From Clostridia bacterium (GTDB lineage Bacteria > Bacillota > Clostridia > Christensenellales > UBA1242), in the NCBI GenBank assembly GCA_036649955.1, contig JAVWAR010000001.1, forward strand, positions 1-37,586: DNA of 37,586 nucleotides, in the 5' to 3' direction. Each line of letters opens with the position of its first letter. The first letter of the stretch is position 1. The position numbers were made by a program, and so were the translations under genes. The notes beneath the pieces are model-generated. The model searched no databases. It worked only from the letters and a program-made list of their open reading frames with translations, and was not told the DNA's origin. This document shows, piece by piece, positions 17,735 to 25,766 of this stretch.

Positions 17735-18883
17735 TTATTTTATATAACAAAGTGCTTCATTAATACTTTTTGAGACTGCCAAAAATGTATCATCCTCTAA
17801 AACGTCAAGTTCAAGTGCTTTTTTATTATAATGTTGTTTTATTTTTTCAAGATTTGTTCCCTTAATTTTTTTATTACGTGTTAGTATAGAATAAAATACC
17901 AAAATATAATTGTACAAAGACGCTTTGCTTATTTCTTTGTTTAAGTATTTAATTGAATACTCAGTAAATGCTCTGTCATCAAACTGAACTACGTCCGACT
18001 TTAAAATTAAATCGACAAGCCTGAATTCAATATCTTCATCAATTTCATCAACTTCGCCAACAATCTCGACAAGGTTTGAAATTTTTTCCTTATCAGTACC
18101 AATAAGTACTTCCTTAGATAACAACTTTCTATGCATTTCATATAACACTTTTTTATATTTAAATGAAAATGACAAAATATTTTTTGAATCAATAAGATAT
18201 TTATTGATATTTTCTATATTTTCGCTAGCAGTTCCAGATAACATTTTATCAATATCTATTTCACTTGGATACACGTCTTTATATTTTCGAGCAAGCCTAA
18301 TTGTTTCGTTTTTAATGCGCCTATCATGCCTAATTTTATCAAGCAATAATTTGTCCTCAGCATCGTTTTCTTGACTTGCATTACTAAGTACAATAAAAAT
18401 TATATATAATAATAATAATACAGAAAAGCAAATAATCCCACTATAACTATGTATAACTGCTGGCAATAGCCCAATAACAGGTATTTTACTATGCATCGTA
18501 CCTACAATATTGTCTGCCGAAAGTTCTACATCAACACCACTTTCAACAATACTAACTCTAACTTTTTTATCAGTTAGCATTACATTTTTTTCAACGCTAA
18601 CATAATAAATTTCATCATTAACTCGCGCATAAAGCATATCACCCTGTTTTAGAGAATAAATAGAATCAAGTTTATCAAGAAGTATTAAGTCACAAGTGTT
18701 TGCATTTAGTGGTTTACTTGTGCTTGTAGTCACACCTAAATATCTGTAACCAAAACATTCAGGATAATATTTAATTGAAAACTTATAAATACAACCAAAC
18801 ACAATAAAGGCTAAAAGGACGCCAATAATAAGCGTCCTTAAAACTATATGAATTATATATTTTGTGTTTGTTTTTTCACCCAC
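17735..18883 (-). CDS. SipW-like pseudo-signal-peptidase fused to an unknown roughly 210-aa cytoplasmic domain
   Basis: Residues 1-180 are colinear with the neighbouring SipW-type peptidase (TM, FGYRYLGVTTSTSKPLNANTCDLILLDK, GDMLYA, DNIVGTMHSKIPVIGLL, TM). The SMEP box is degraded and the His box is replaced by IYYVSVEK. GTG 18883 (AAGGAA 6 nt upstream) overlaps the Smr stop as GTGGGTGA; the track start is TTG 18901. Confidence 0.6.
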   Translation of the reverse strand: MGEKTNTKYIIHIVLRTLIIGVLLAFIVFGCIYKFSIKYYPECFGYRYLGVTTSTSKPLNANTCDLILLDKLDSIYSLKQGDMLYARVNDEIYYVSVEKNVMLTDKKVRVSIVESGVDVELSADNIVGTMHSKIPVIGLLPAVIHSYSGIICFSVLLLLYIIFIVLSNASQENDAEDKLLLDKIRHDRRIKNETIRLARKYKDVYPSEIDIDKMLSGTASENIENINKYLIDSKNILSFSFKYKKVLYEMHRKLLSKEVLIGTDKEKISNLVEIVGEVDEIDEDIEFRLVDLILKSDVVQFDDRAFTEYSIKYLNKEISKASLYNYILVFYSILTRNKKIKGTNLEKIKQHYNKKALELDVLEDDTFLAVSKSINEALCYIK

Positions 18884-19148
18884 AATAATTTCCTTTATCA
18901 ATTAAGTATAACGTTCTTGAAGCATCTACCTTAATGATTTTATAAATAAACTTGTGAGAAAATTCACGTCTTACAAGTTTAGATAACACAGTGCCTTTAT
19001 GAAACCCATGAACTATCAAAATTGCTTTTATATCACTATCAACATTTTCAACAGAATAAATAAGTTCACATATAGCCTCATCACGAGATAGTCCATGTAA
19101 ATCGAGTTGCAAATTTTTGCCATACTTTAAAACGTCAATATCAACCAT
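18876..19148 (-). CDS. Small stand-alone Smr-domain protein
   Basis: 90 aa with LQLDLHGLSRDEA ... ILIVHGFHKGTVLSKLV, matching the Smr pattern (LDLHG.t..eA ... iiHGkG.G.L). ATG 19148 (AAGGA 8 nt upstream) overlaps the upstream stop as ATGGTTGA. Confidence 0.55.
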   Translation of the reverse strand: MVDIDVLKYGKNLQLDLHGLSRDEAICELIYSVENVDSDIKAILIVHGFHKGTVLSKLVRREFSHKFIYKIIKVDASRTLYLIDKGNYCG

Positions 19149-20376
19149 GTTCACTTATCCTTATAATGTTGCCATCAGCATTAGTTTCTTCAATTTTACT
19201 TCTAAATCTTTCATCAAAATATTTGTATTTAAAGGTTTTATTAGTTTCATTATACTCATAAAATTTACTTGCATCATAAGTGCTAATTTTTGTTATGTTA
19301 ATAGTCGCTGAACGTTTGACACCATCTGTGTATTCAAAAGTAAATGAAGTAGGCATGGTTTCTGTAAAAGTAATTTTATAGTAAGTACCATATTTTACTA
19401 TTGAACTATCCTCTGTCGAAGTAATAATTGTATTTTCTTGCAAATAACGTTCACTACCATTTGTATCAACAGTTTTTAGTCTTAAATAAATAAATGACGG
19501 CATACCAGAAATTTTAGAAGCCAAATATATTTTTTCGTTACTTGCCGGTAAATAATCATGACCAATTAAGTTGTTTGCTTCTGTTGGGAAATTATTATCT
19601 TCAAATAATTCAACACGAAGTTCTTCAATCTTATTCTTAACAATATTTAAATTTGTTGAATACGTATTGGTAATAATTTTATTCCCATTATTATCATAAA
19701 TATATGTTGAGAAATTTACAGGAACAACACCTTCTTTTGCACGCTCACCAGTATTACAAACAAACACTGCACGATTATTTTCACAATCAATATTTGCTGT
19801 TTCTATGTATAAGTGAGTACTTTCATCACCATAACTCATATCAATATATGATGAATCTACTTTCTTTCCAGTACTATCAAACAATTCATAATTAATATAG
19901 TATGGAATATTGTCATCACAATATGCAAGGTTGCTTTTTGTTATTTCAGAAGATTCCTTGTCATATTTAATTTTAAGAGAATATACGGCATTTTGTTTTA
20001 TTGTAACCGACACATTGTCATAAATAGCAGAATTGGTAGTACTGATAATACTCAATACTGCATTTCCAACATTTTTATAATAAATAACAAACTTACCATT
20101 TTCTTCTTTTAGTTCGGCAACATTGCTATTACTAGAAGTAATTAAATATCTAGGTGCATTTGTAACTTCAAACTCAACATTAATTTCTTCTTTATTTTGA
20201 CTTGCTTTTGATAAATATACCTCTTTTTGACTTTCGCCAGTTGTATACATCATTTTAATACTTGTTATACCACCAACTTCTTGCTTATTCAGTAATGCAA
20301 AAACGCCGACAGCACCAAGTGCGCCAACAATAATTACAACTATTACTGATATAATAATTTTAAAAGTTTTACTCAT
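19141..20376 (-). CDS. N-terminally anchored surface protein with a Big_2-like Ig domain
   Basis: 411 aa. Signal/anchor segment IIISVIVVIIVGALGAVGVFALL. ITSSNSNVAELKEENGKFVIYYKNVGNAVLSIIST...VSVTIK resembles bacterial Ig-like group 2 domains. GAGGAA RBS. Confidence 0.55.
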   Translation of the reverse strand: MSKTFKIIISVIVVIIVGALGAVGVFALLNKQEVGGITSIKMMYTTGESQKEVYLSKASQNKEEINVEFEVTNAPRYLITSSNSNVAELKEENGKFVIYYKNVGNAVLSIISTTNSAIYDNVSVTIKQNAVYSLKIKYDKESSEITKSNLAYCDDNIPYYINYELFDSTGKKVDSSYIDMSYGDESTHLYIETANIDCENNRAVFVCNTGERAKEGVVPVNFSTYIYDNNGNKIITNTYSTNLNIVKNKIEELRVELFEDNNFPTEANNLIGHDYLPASNEKIYLASKISGMPSFIYLRLKTVDTNGSERYLQENTIITSTEDSSIVKYGTYYKITFTETMPTSFTFEYTDGVKRSATINITKISTYDASKFYEYNETNKTFKYKYFDERFRSKIEETNADGNIIRISEHG

Positions 20377-20427
20377 AATTCCTCATTTTTAGTATTTGCA
20401 AAATAAATAGATTTAACCCTTATATGA

Positions 20428-20456
20428 ATTGTAGAAAATTTTTAACTTTTTGTCAA
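20428..20456 (-). promoter_or_regulatory. Putative sigma-A promoter of the 411-aa/Smr/pseudo-peptidase/83-aa unit
   Basis: Minus strand reads TTGACA (20456-20451), 17-nt spacer, TACAAT (20433-20428). Confidence 0.55.
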
Positions 20457-20476
20457 TCAAATGAAGGCTTAAACAC

Positions 20477-20501
20477 AAAAAAACACTTACAAAAGTAAGT
20501 G
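20477..20501 (-). terminator. Intrinsic terminator after the 811-aa gene
   Basis: cacttac (20484-20490) / gtaagtg (20495-20501) with a 4-nt loop. The A-run at 20477-20483 gives U7 on the minus strand. Confidence 0.65.
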
Positions 20502-20517
20502 CTTTTAAAAAATTTAT

Positions 20518-22953
20518 TTAAGCAACAGTTTTAACAGTGATAACAATATTTTTACCTTCACTATTGAAACCTAATAATGTATCTGTAAATCCACTATTTA
20601 AATAGTCGCCAATGAATGCGTGTGCTTCTTTTCCAGTAGCATTTGTTTTCGTTGGTTTATAATAATTAATAGCAAGATCTTTAACGTCACAACCAGTTAT
20701 TGTAGCAGAAACGCCTTCGCCTGCTTTTGCAATATTATATTTACCAATAAGCCCGCCCATGTATATTTCAACAAAGTACTCTGTCGATTTTAAATTAGAA
20801 TCAAACATACCAGAAACTGAGTAGTTAGAAATAGCCAATTTATTTACAGGACCTTCCGCATATGATGGAGTGCTATTTACTCTTCCAATAATACCACCAA
20901 TAGACTGAACATATGTAAAATTAAGCCCACTATCAAAAGAAATTCTTCTTGACTTATCAGCATAAATATTAAATTTAATTGTTGCATGTTTTTCAGCATT
21001 TGCGCTAATTTTAACTTGTTTACCAGCAGTCTTATCTTCACTTGTTTCAACTACAAGAGCAACAAGTCCACCAGCATCAACAACATTAGCACGAGTTAAG
21101 TCTGAATTTGCCGTAACATCAACATTAACATCAACAATCTCAGCATTACCTTGCGCTGAACATACAGCACCACCAATTCTATCAGCAAAGAATGGTTTTA
21201 TCTCACCCTTATCTTCTAAAATTGTTTGCATTGTTGCTTTAATATTAATATCTTGAATTTTTCCTTTAAGATTGCCAACAGCGCCTGCCATAGAATATAT
21301 AGATTTAATAGCAACATCAACATCAATATTTGAAATTGATGCACCTTCATTAACTGATGACGCAAGTCCGCATGTAGCATATGCACTATTGGTTTTAGCA
21401 TAAATTTCAAAATCTTTCATCTTAGGAATATTTGTTGTCAATAATTTCACATTAACAGATACTCTATTAATAGCACCAACAGCACCATTAAATGTACCAT
21501 CATTTATGCCTATTAATCCAGCCACATCAAAGTAAGCAGACATTTTATCAGCCAATACTGTTTCAAAATTGCCCTCTGTGCAACCTTTAAATTCATTTGT
21601 ATAAGTTATTGTGCCAAGGTTTATATCAACCAATCCAGCCACAATATGAGCGCCAGAAATGTCAATAATTTTTACTTTTGCATCAATAAGTTTTACTGAC
21701 CTATTAATCGAATATACCGAACCCGTAACATAAGCCAAAATTTTTGTACTTAAACCATTTGTATAAACATTGGTAATAGTAGAAATAAAAGAAGTATATC
21801 CTGCAATTCCAGAAACTAAAACTGGAAATTCATTAGTACTTTTATCAATAGGATCAACAACACTCATGTTCTGTACTTCAACGTTTAAAATATCGCCTTG
21901 ATAAAGAGTACCAATAACACCGGCAATATTCAAACCAGAGCCACGTTGTGCTTCAACAACAAATTTAGTAACAATACTATTTGAAATAGAAGAAGGAGAT
22001 AATCTATCAAAACCATTAGCATCACTACCAACAATCGCACCATATTCAAGTGTAGTCCCTGTTTCAGTTTTAACTAAACCAGATGTTGCAATAAACTTAG
22101 CATCAACTGAAACACCATTGATTACAGAATGTTTTACAACACCAGCAATACCACCAATACCGTAAATTTGATTTTCAGTTGCCTGAGTACGAGAAGAGAT
22201 TGTTTCTGACGGAACAGCATTAATCTCAGTAGCAATCTTTACATTTTCAATAGTTGTGTTTTTTGCAAAACCAACAACACCACCAACATTAACTTTGTAT
22301 TTATCTTCAATACCAGAAACGTTAATAAACATTTTTTCAATAACTAAATCTTTAATTGTTGCACCATCAGTAATTGAGAACAATCCAACATTAAGATTTT
22401 CGCCATCAACATATTCAAGAACATTAGTAGCATCAATAATTATTTTAACATTCTTAATCAATACATTTTTGTCTGCATAAATAGTACCTTTGAAAGCAAC
22501 AGGCTTCCAAATAATACCTTCAAAATCCAACGAGTTTATAATTTTATAAAATTTACCAGTTGTATCAATTTTTGAAAGTTGTTCAATATGTGCAGGAGAT
22601 ACAATATTTATTGGGCTAACTTCTGTACCTTCACCCATAGTAACAACTGTAATTGTATATGTTGTTTCTGTGTTACCATTGCGTACAACAGCCTTTATAA
22701 CACCATCTTTTGAGGCAGAATAAGAACCATCTTCATTTTTCTTCAAAATAGATGTATCATTATTAGTTTCTTTATCAAAAGTTGCATTACTTATATTGTA
22801 AGTATCCCCAACTCTAAGCATAACCGCAGAGTTGACATACTGCATATTAGGCGTGCCCTGTGGAACACATGCTACTATAATTGTATATGTAACAAGCGAA
22901 ACCATCAATAGACAAGTCACTATGACTAAGGATAAAATACTTTTTTTAGACAT
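20518..22953 (-). CDS. Large surface protein with about 14 GLUG-like beta-helix repeats
   Basis: 811 aa. N-terminal hydrophobic segment ends in IVAC, a possible lipobox. Recurrent [GA]G[LIV][IVA]G cores (GGVVG, GGIAG, AGVIG, SGIAG, AGLIG, AGAVG, GGIIG, GGLIG and others) are each followed by a G.I.N/D.V-type strand. AGGAG RBS. Confidence 0.6.
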   Translation of the reverse strand: MSKKSILSLVIVTCLLMVSLVTYTIIVACVPQGTPNMQYVNSAVMLRVGDTYNISNATFDKETNNDTSILKKNEDGSYSASKDGVIKAVVRNGNTETTYTITVVTMGEGTEVSPINIVSPAHIEQLSKIDTTGKFYKIINSLDFEGIIWKPVAFKGTIYADKNVLIKNVKIIIDATNVLEYVDGENLNVGLFSITDGATIKDLVIEKMFINVSGIEDKYKVNVGGVVGFAKNTTIENVKIATEINAVPSETISSRTQATENQIYGIGGIAGVVKHSVINGVSVDAKFIATSGLVKTETGTTLEYGAIVGSDANGFDRLSPSSISNSIVTKFVVEAQRGSGLNIAGVIGTLYQGDILNVEVQNMSVVDPIDKSTNEFPVLVSGIAGYTSFISTITNVYTNGLSTKILAYVTGSVYSINRSVKLIDAKVKIIDISGAHIVAGLVDINLGTITYTNEFKGCTEGNFETVLADKMSAYFDVAGLIGINDGTFNGAVGAINRVSVNVKLLTTNIPKMKDFEIYAKTNSAYATCGLASSVNEGASISNIDVDVAIKSIYSMAGAVGNLKGKIQDINIKATMQTILEDKGEIKPFFADRIGGAVCSAQGNAEIVDVNVDVTANSDLTRANVVDAGGLVALVVETSEDKTAGKQVKISANAEKHATIKFNIYADKSRRISFDSGLNFTYVQSIGGIIGRVNSTPSYAEGPVNKLAISNYSVSGMFDSNLKSTEYFVEIYMGGLIGKYNIAKAGEGVSATITGCDVKDLAINYYKPTKTNATGKEAHAFIGDYLNSGFTDTLLGFNSEGKNIVITVKTVA

Positions 22954-22981
22954 ATTTATATCTCCTTTAATTAATGATTTT

Positions 22982-23010
22982 ATTATACACTTTACGAATT
23001 AAAGTGTCAA
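22982..23010 (-). promoter_or_regulatory. Consensus sigma-A promoter of the 811-aa gene
   Basis: Minus strand reads TTGACA (23010-23005), 17-nt spacer, TATAAT (22987-22982). Both hexamers are perfect. Confidence 0.65.
22987..23007. promoter_or_regulatory. Operator-like perfect palindrome filling the promoter spacer
   Basis: ACACTTTA-CGAAT-TAAAGTGT (8-bp arms, 5-bp centre) spans from the -10 hexamer to the -35 hexamer. Confidence 0.45.
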
Positions 23011-23033
23011 GAGTCAATTTGAAAAGAAATATT

Positions 23034-23064
23034 AAAAAAGGCTAAAAACTTAACATTTTCAGCC
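23034..23064 (-). terminator. Intrinsic terminator after the lipoprotein gene
   Basis: ggctaaaa (23040-23047) pairs with ttttcagcc (23056-23064) with one bulge. The A6 run at 23034-23039 gives the U-tract on the minus strand. Confidence 0.55.
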
Positions 23065-23087
23065 TATAACCTATAATTTTATATCAA

Positions 23088-23149
23088 ATTTGCAGAAATC
23101 ACATATGTTTGAGAAAGTTTTATCAAAATATAGCCAATTTTCTGCAAAT
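23088..23149. repeat. 11-bp inverted repeat with a 40-nt spacer in the 3' UTR of the lipoprotein gene
   Basis: ATTTGCAGAAA (23088-23098) and TTTCTGCAAAT (23139-23149). The spacer holds a second imperfect complementarity (tcaaaatat / catatgtttga). Confidence 0.5.
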
Positions 23150-23169
23150 CAAATAATTTTTTACCAGTT

Positions 23170-24156
23170 TTACTTAATTACTTTAATATTGAAAGTTTGA
23201 ACAATAGTATTAATTCCAGACGCCGTTACTGTTTGTATTTGTAATGTAAAAGTTACATCTTCGTCTGTTTTATTGATAACAATTTGTTTCTTATTTTCAT
23301 CCTTGAAATAAGTAACACTATTAGTATTTAAAATAATGACATTATATTCTTGTCCAATAACTTCTTGATCCGCTGAATTTCTAAGGGCAACTGCGAGGTC
23401 AAGTCGAACTTCTCCATTTGCGAACTTATATATTGTAGAACCACCATTTACAAGCAATTTACCACCCAAATTAACGAACATGTCGGTTGCAATGGATGTT
23501 GAAATGTTTACGGTTGTCTTCGCAGTATATTTATCTATTCCATAAGTAAGTGTCGCCTCAATTTCAACAGGCCCCTGATTTGCAAGTTCTTTACAATAAA
23601 TAAGACCCAAACGTTTATCAATGATTTCAATATCTCCACGGCTGGTTGAAAACTCAACATTATACTTATTAAGGTCCACAGCCTCTTCACCACTTTTAAG
23701 TGATAAATAACTATATGATTTAGGGTTGATGTCTATTGAAGTTTTAGAAAATTCAATTTTTGTTAAAACAGGTTTAAGCGTTATTTTACATTCAGAAGTT
23801 TTGCCGTCAACATTCACCATGATATTGATACTGCCTTTTACAGGAATATTAATATTGGGTTTATTTATTACAAGTTTACCTTCTTTTAGTTTTTCCTTAG
23901 AAATATTTTTTGGTTGAAGAAGTGTATTATCAGAAGTAGGTTCGGAACTAATTGAATAAGTAACGTTTGAATATGTTGCATTATTTGGATAAACTTTAAA
24001 TTTTAAATCTTTTTCTTCATAAAATTCTGCTTCAATTTCACGGCTTACAAAAAGAACAGAAGAAACACCGACTGCCAAATTTTCATTTTTGTTACAGCCA
24101 GCAAATACAACAAGCGAACTTATCGCCACTAAAATTAAAGAAATAATTTTTTTCAT
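23170..24156 (-). CDS. Lipoprotein with Ig-like (Big_2-like) domains
   Basis: 328 aa. Signal peptide with lipobox VFAG|C. FKVYPNNATYSNVTYSISS resembles the start of Big_2 domains. Beta-rich throughout. Confidence 0.6.
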   Translation of the reverse strand: MKKIISLILVAISSLVVFAGCNKNENLAVGVSSVLFVSREIEAEFYEEKDLKFKVYPNNATYSNVTYSISSEPTSDNTLLQPKNISKEKLKEGKLVINKPNINIPVKGSINIMVNVDGKTSECKITLKPVLTKIEFSKTSIDINPKSYSYLSLKSGEEAVDLNKYNVEFSTSRGDIEIIDKRLGLIYCKELANQGPVEIEATLTYGIDKYTAKTTVNISTSIATDMFVNLGGKLLVNGGSTIYKFANGEVRLDLAVALRNSADQEVIGQEYNVIILNTNSVTYFKDENKKQIVINKTDEDVTFTLQIQTVTASGINTIVQTFNIKVIK

Positions 24157-24165
24157 ATCACTCTC

Positions 24166-24193
24166 AGTATATTTTTTATTGAGTTTTTGTCAA
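24166..24193 (-). promoter_or_regulatory. Putative sigma-A promoter of the lipoprotein gene
   Basis: Minus strand reads TTGACA (24193-24188), 16-nt spacer, TATACT (24171-24166). Confidence 0.45.
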
Positions 24194-24245
24194 ATAAATA
24201 TGCACTATTGTTAGTTTTAATAAAATATAATTTATTATTCTAATA

Positions 24246-25664
24246 TTATGCTTTTCTAACTTTTAAAAGATTGGTTTCTGTACTTTGACCAACTGGGACA
24301 CCAGCAGTTTGCACTATAAGGTCACCAGACTTGATTATTTTAGATTGAATTGCAAGTTTAGTTGCACTTTCAAGCAAGGTATCTGTATCTGGATAAATTT
24401 TATCAAAAAGCGGATATACGCCCCATACAAGGGCAAGTTGATTATATATTTTAAATCTTGGCGTTGTTGCAATAATTGGTGCTTTGGGTTTGAACATGCT
24501 GACAAAATTTGCAGTTCTTCCGCCGTATGTAACAACGGTTATTGCCTTTGCTGAAAGTGAATCACTCAGCGCAGATGCCGCATATCCCATACTCTTAGAT
24601 ATCCCTTCATCTTTAAGCGCTAAAATAGAAGAATGAGATATTATTTGATTATCATAATCTTTCTCACATTCTTCTGCAATATTACTCATAGTTTTAATTG
24701 CTTTAAAAGGATACAATCCAGATGCAGTTTCACCCGAAAGCATAACCGCAGATGTACCATCAAACACAGCGTTTGCGACATCTGAAATTTCAGCCCTTGT
24801 TGGTCGTGGATTTTTTATCATGCTTTCAAGCATTTCAGTTGCGGTAACGACAATCTTGCCCTGTTCATTGCATAGTTTAATTATTTGCTTTTGTGTTGAT
24901 GGCAATTTTGCAATATCAATTTCTACACCCAGACTACCACGTGCAACCATAATACCATCACACACTTTGACAATCTCGTTTATATTATCCTTACCCTTTT
25001 GATTTTCAATTTTTGCAATAATTTTAATTGATTCAGCATTTTGTTTTTTCAAAAGATTTCTAACATCAATAACATCCTGCGCTGAACTTACAAATGAAAG
25101 CGCCAAGTAATCAATATCTTGCGCGCAAGCAAACATTATATCCAGTTTATCAACATCACCAAGGTAATTCATTTGCTTATCTGTGTCTGGAATATTAATG
25201 CTTTTATTATTAGAAAGAATACCGCCTTCTACGATTTTACATAAAATGTCTGTATCTTCTATATTTTTAACTTTAAGTTCAATAAGACCATCATTAAGAA
25301 GCAACCTTGTTCCAACTTGAACAATTTTAGGCAATTTCTTATATGAAACACTAACAATATGATTGTTTCCAATTATATCTCTTGAAGTTATTGTAAATTC
25401 TTTGCCTGTAACAAGTTCTACTTGATTGTTTTCGAATTTACGAATACGAATTTCAGGACCTTTTGTATCAAGCATAATAGCAACTGGTAATTTCAATTCT
25501 GCCCTTGCATCTTTTACTCTCTCAATTACTTTAATATAATATTCAAAATCTCCATGACTCATGTTCAGCCTAGCAACATTCATGCCACACTTAATAAGTT
25601 CAGTTATGCTTTCATAACTATCACACGCTGGTCCAATAGTACATATTATTTTAGTTTTACGCAT
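24246..25664 (-). CDS. pyk: Pyruvate kinase
   Basis: KTKIICTIGP, NVARLNMSHG, MLDTKGPEIR, MVARGSLGVEI and SGETASG motifs are present. GGGGGA lies 8 nt upstream of ATG 25664, so the 5-codon extension in the track was dropped. 472 aa with no PEP-utiliser extension. Confidence 0.93.
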   Translation of the reverse strand: MRKTKIICTIGPACDSYESITELIKCGMNVARLNMSHGDFEYYIKVIERVKDARAELKLPVAIMLDTKGPEIRIRKFENNQVELVTGKEFTITSRDIIGNNHIVSVSYKKLPKIVQVGTRLLLNDGLIELKVKNIEDTDILCKIVEGGILSNNKSINIPDTDKQMNYLGDVDKLDIMFACAQDIDYLALSFVSSAQDVIDVRNLLKKQNAESIKIIAKIENQKGKDNINEIVKVCDGIMVARGSLGVEIDIAKLPSTQKQIIKLCNEQGKIVVTATEMLESMIKNPRPTRAEISDVANAVFDGTSAVMLSGETASGLYPFKAIKTMSNIAEECEKDYDNQIISHSSILALKDEGISKSMGYAASALSDSLSAKAITVVTYGGRTANFVSMFKPKAPIIATTPRFKIYNQLALVWGVYPLFDKIYPDTDTLLESATKLAIQSKIIKSGDLIVQTAGVPVGQSTETNLLKVRKA

Positions 25665-25731
25665 TATACAATCCCCCATCCCCCATTAATAACTACTATT
25701 ATTATAAACGAGTTAAAAGTTTTCAGCAAAC

Positions 25732-25755
25732 AAAAAAGGCTAATAAGCCTTTTTA
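25732..25755 (-). terminator. Intrinsic terminator after the M23 peptidase gene
   Basis: aaggct (25736-25741) / agcctt (25746-25751) with a 4-nt loop, extended by A/T pairs. U-rich tail on the minus strand. Confidence 0.6.
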
Positions 25756-25766
25756 TTTGCTGATTT

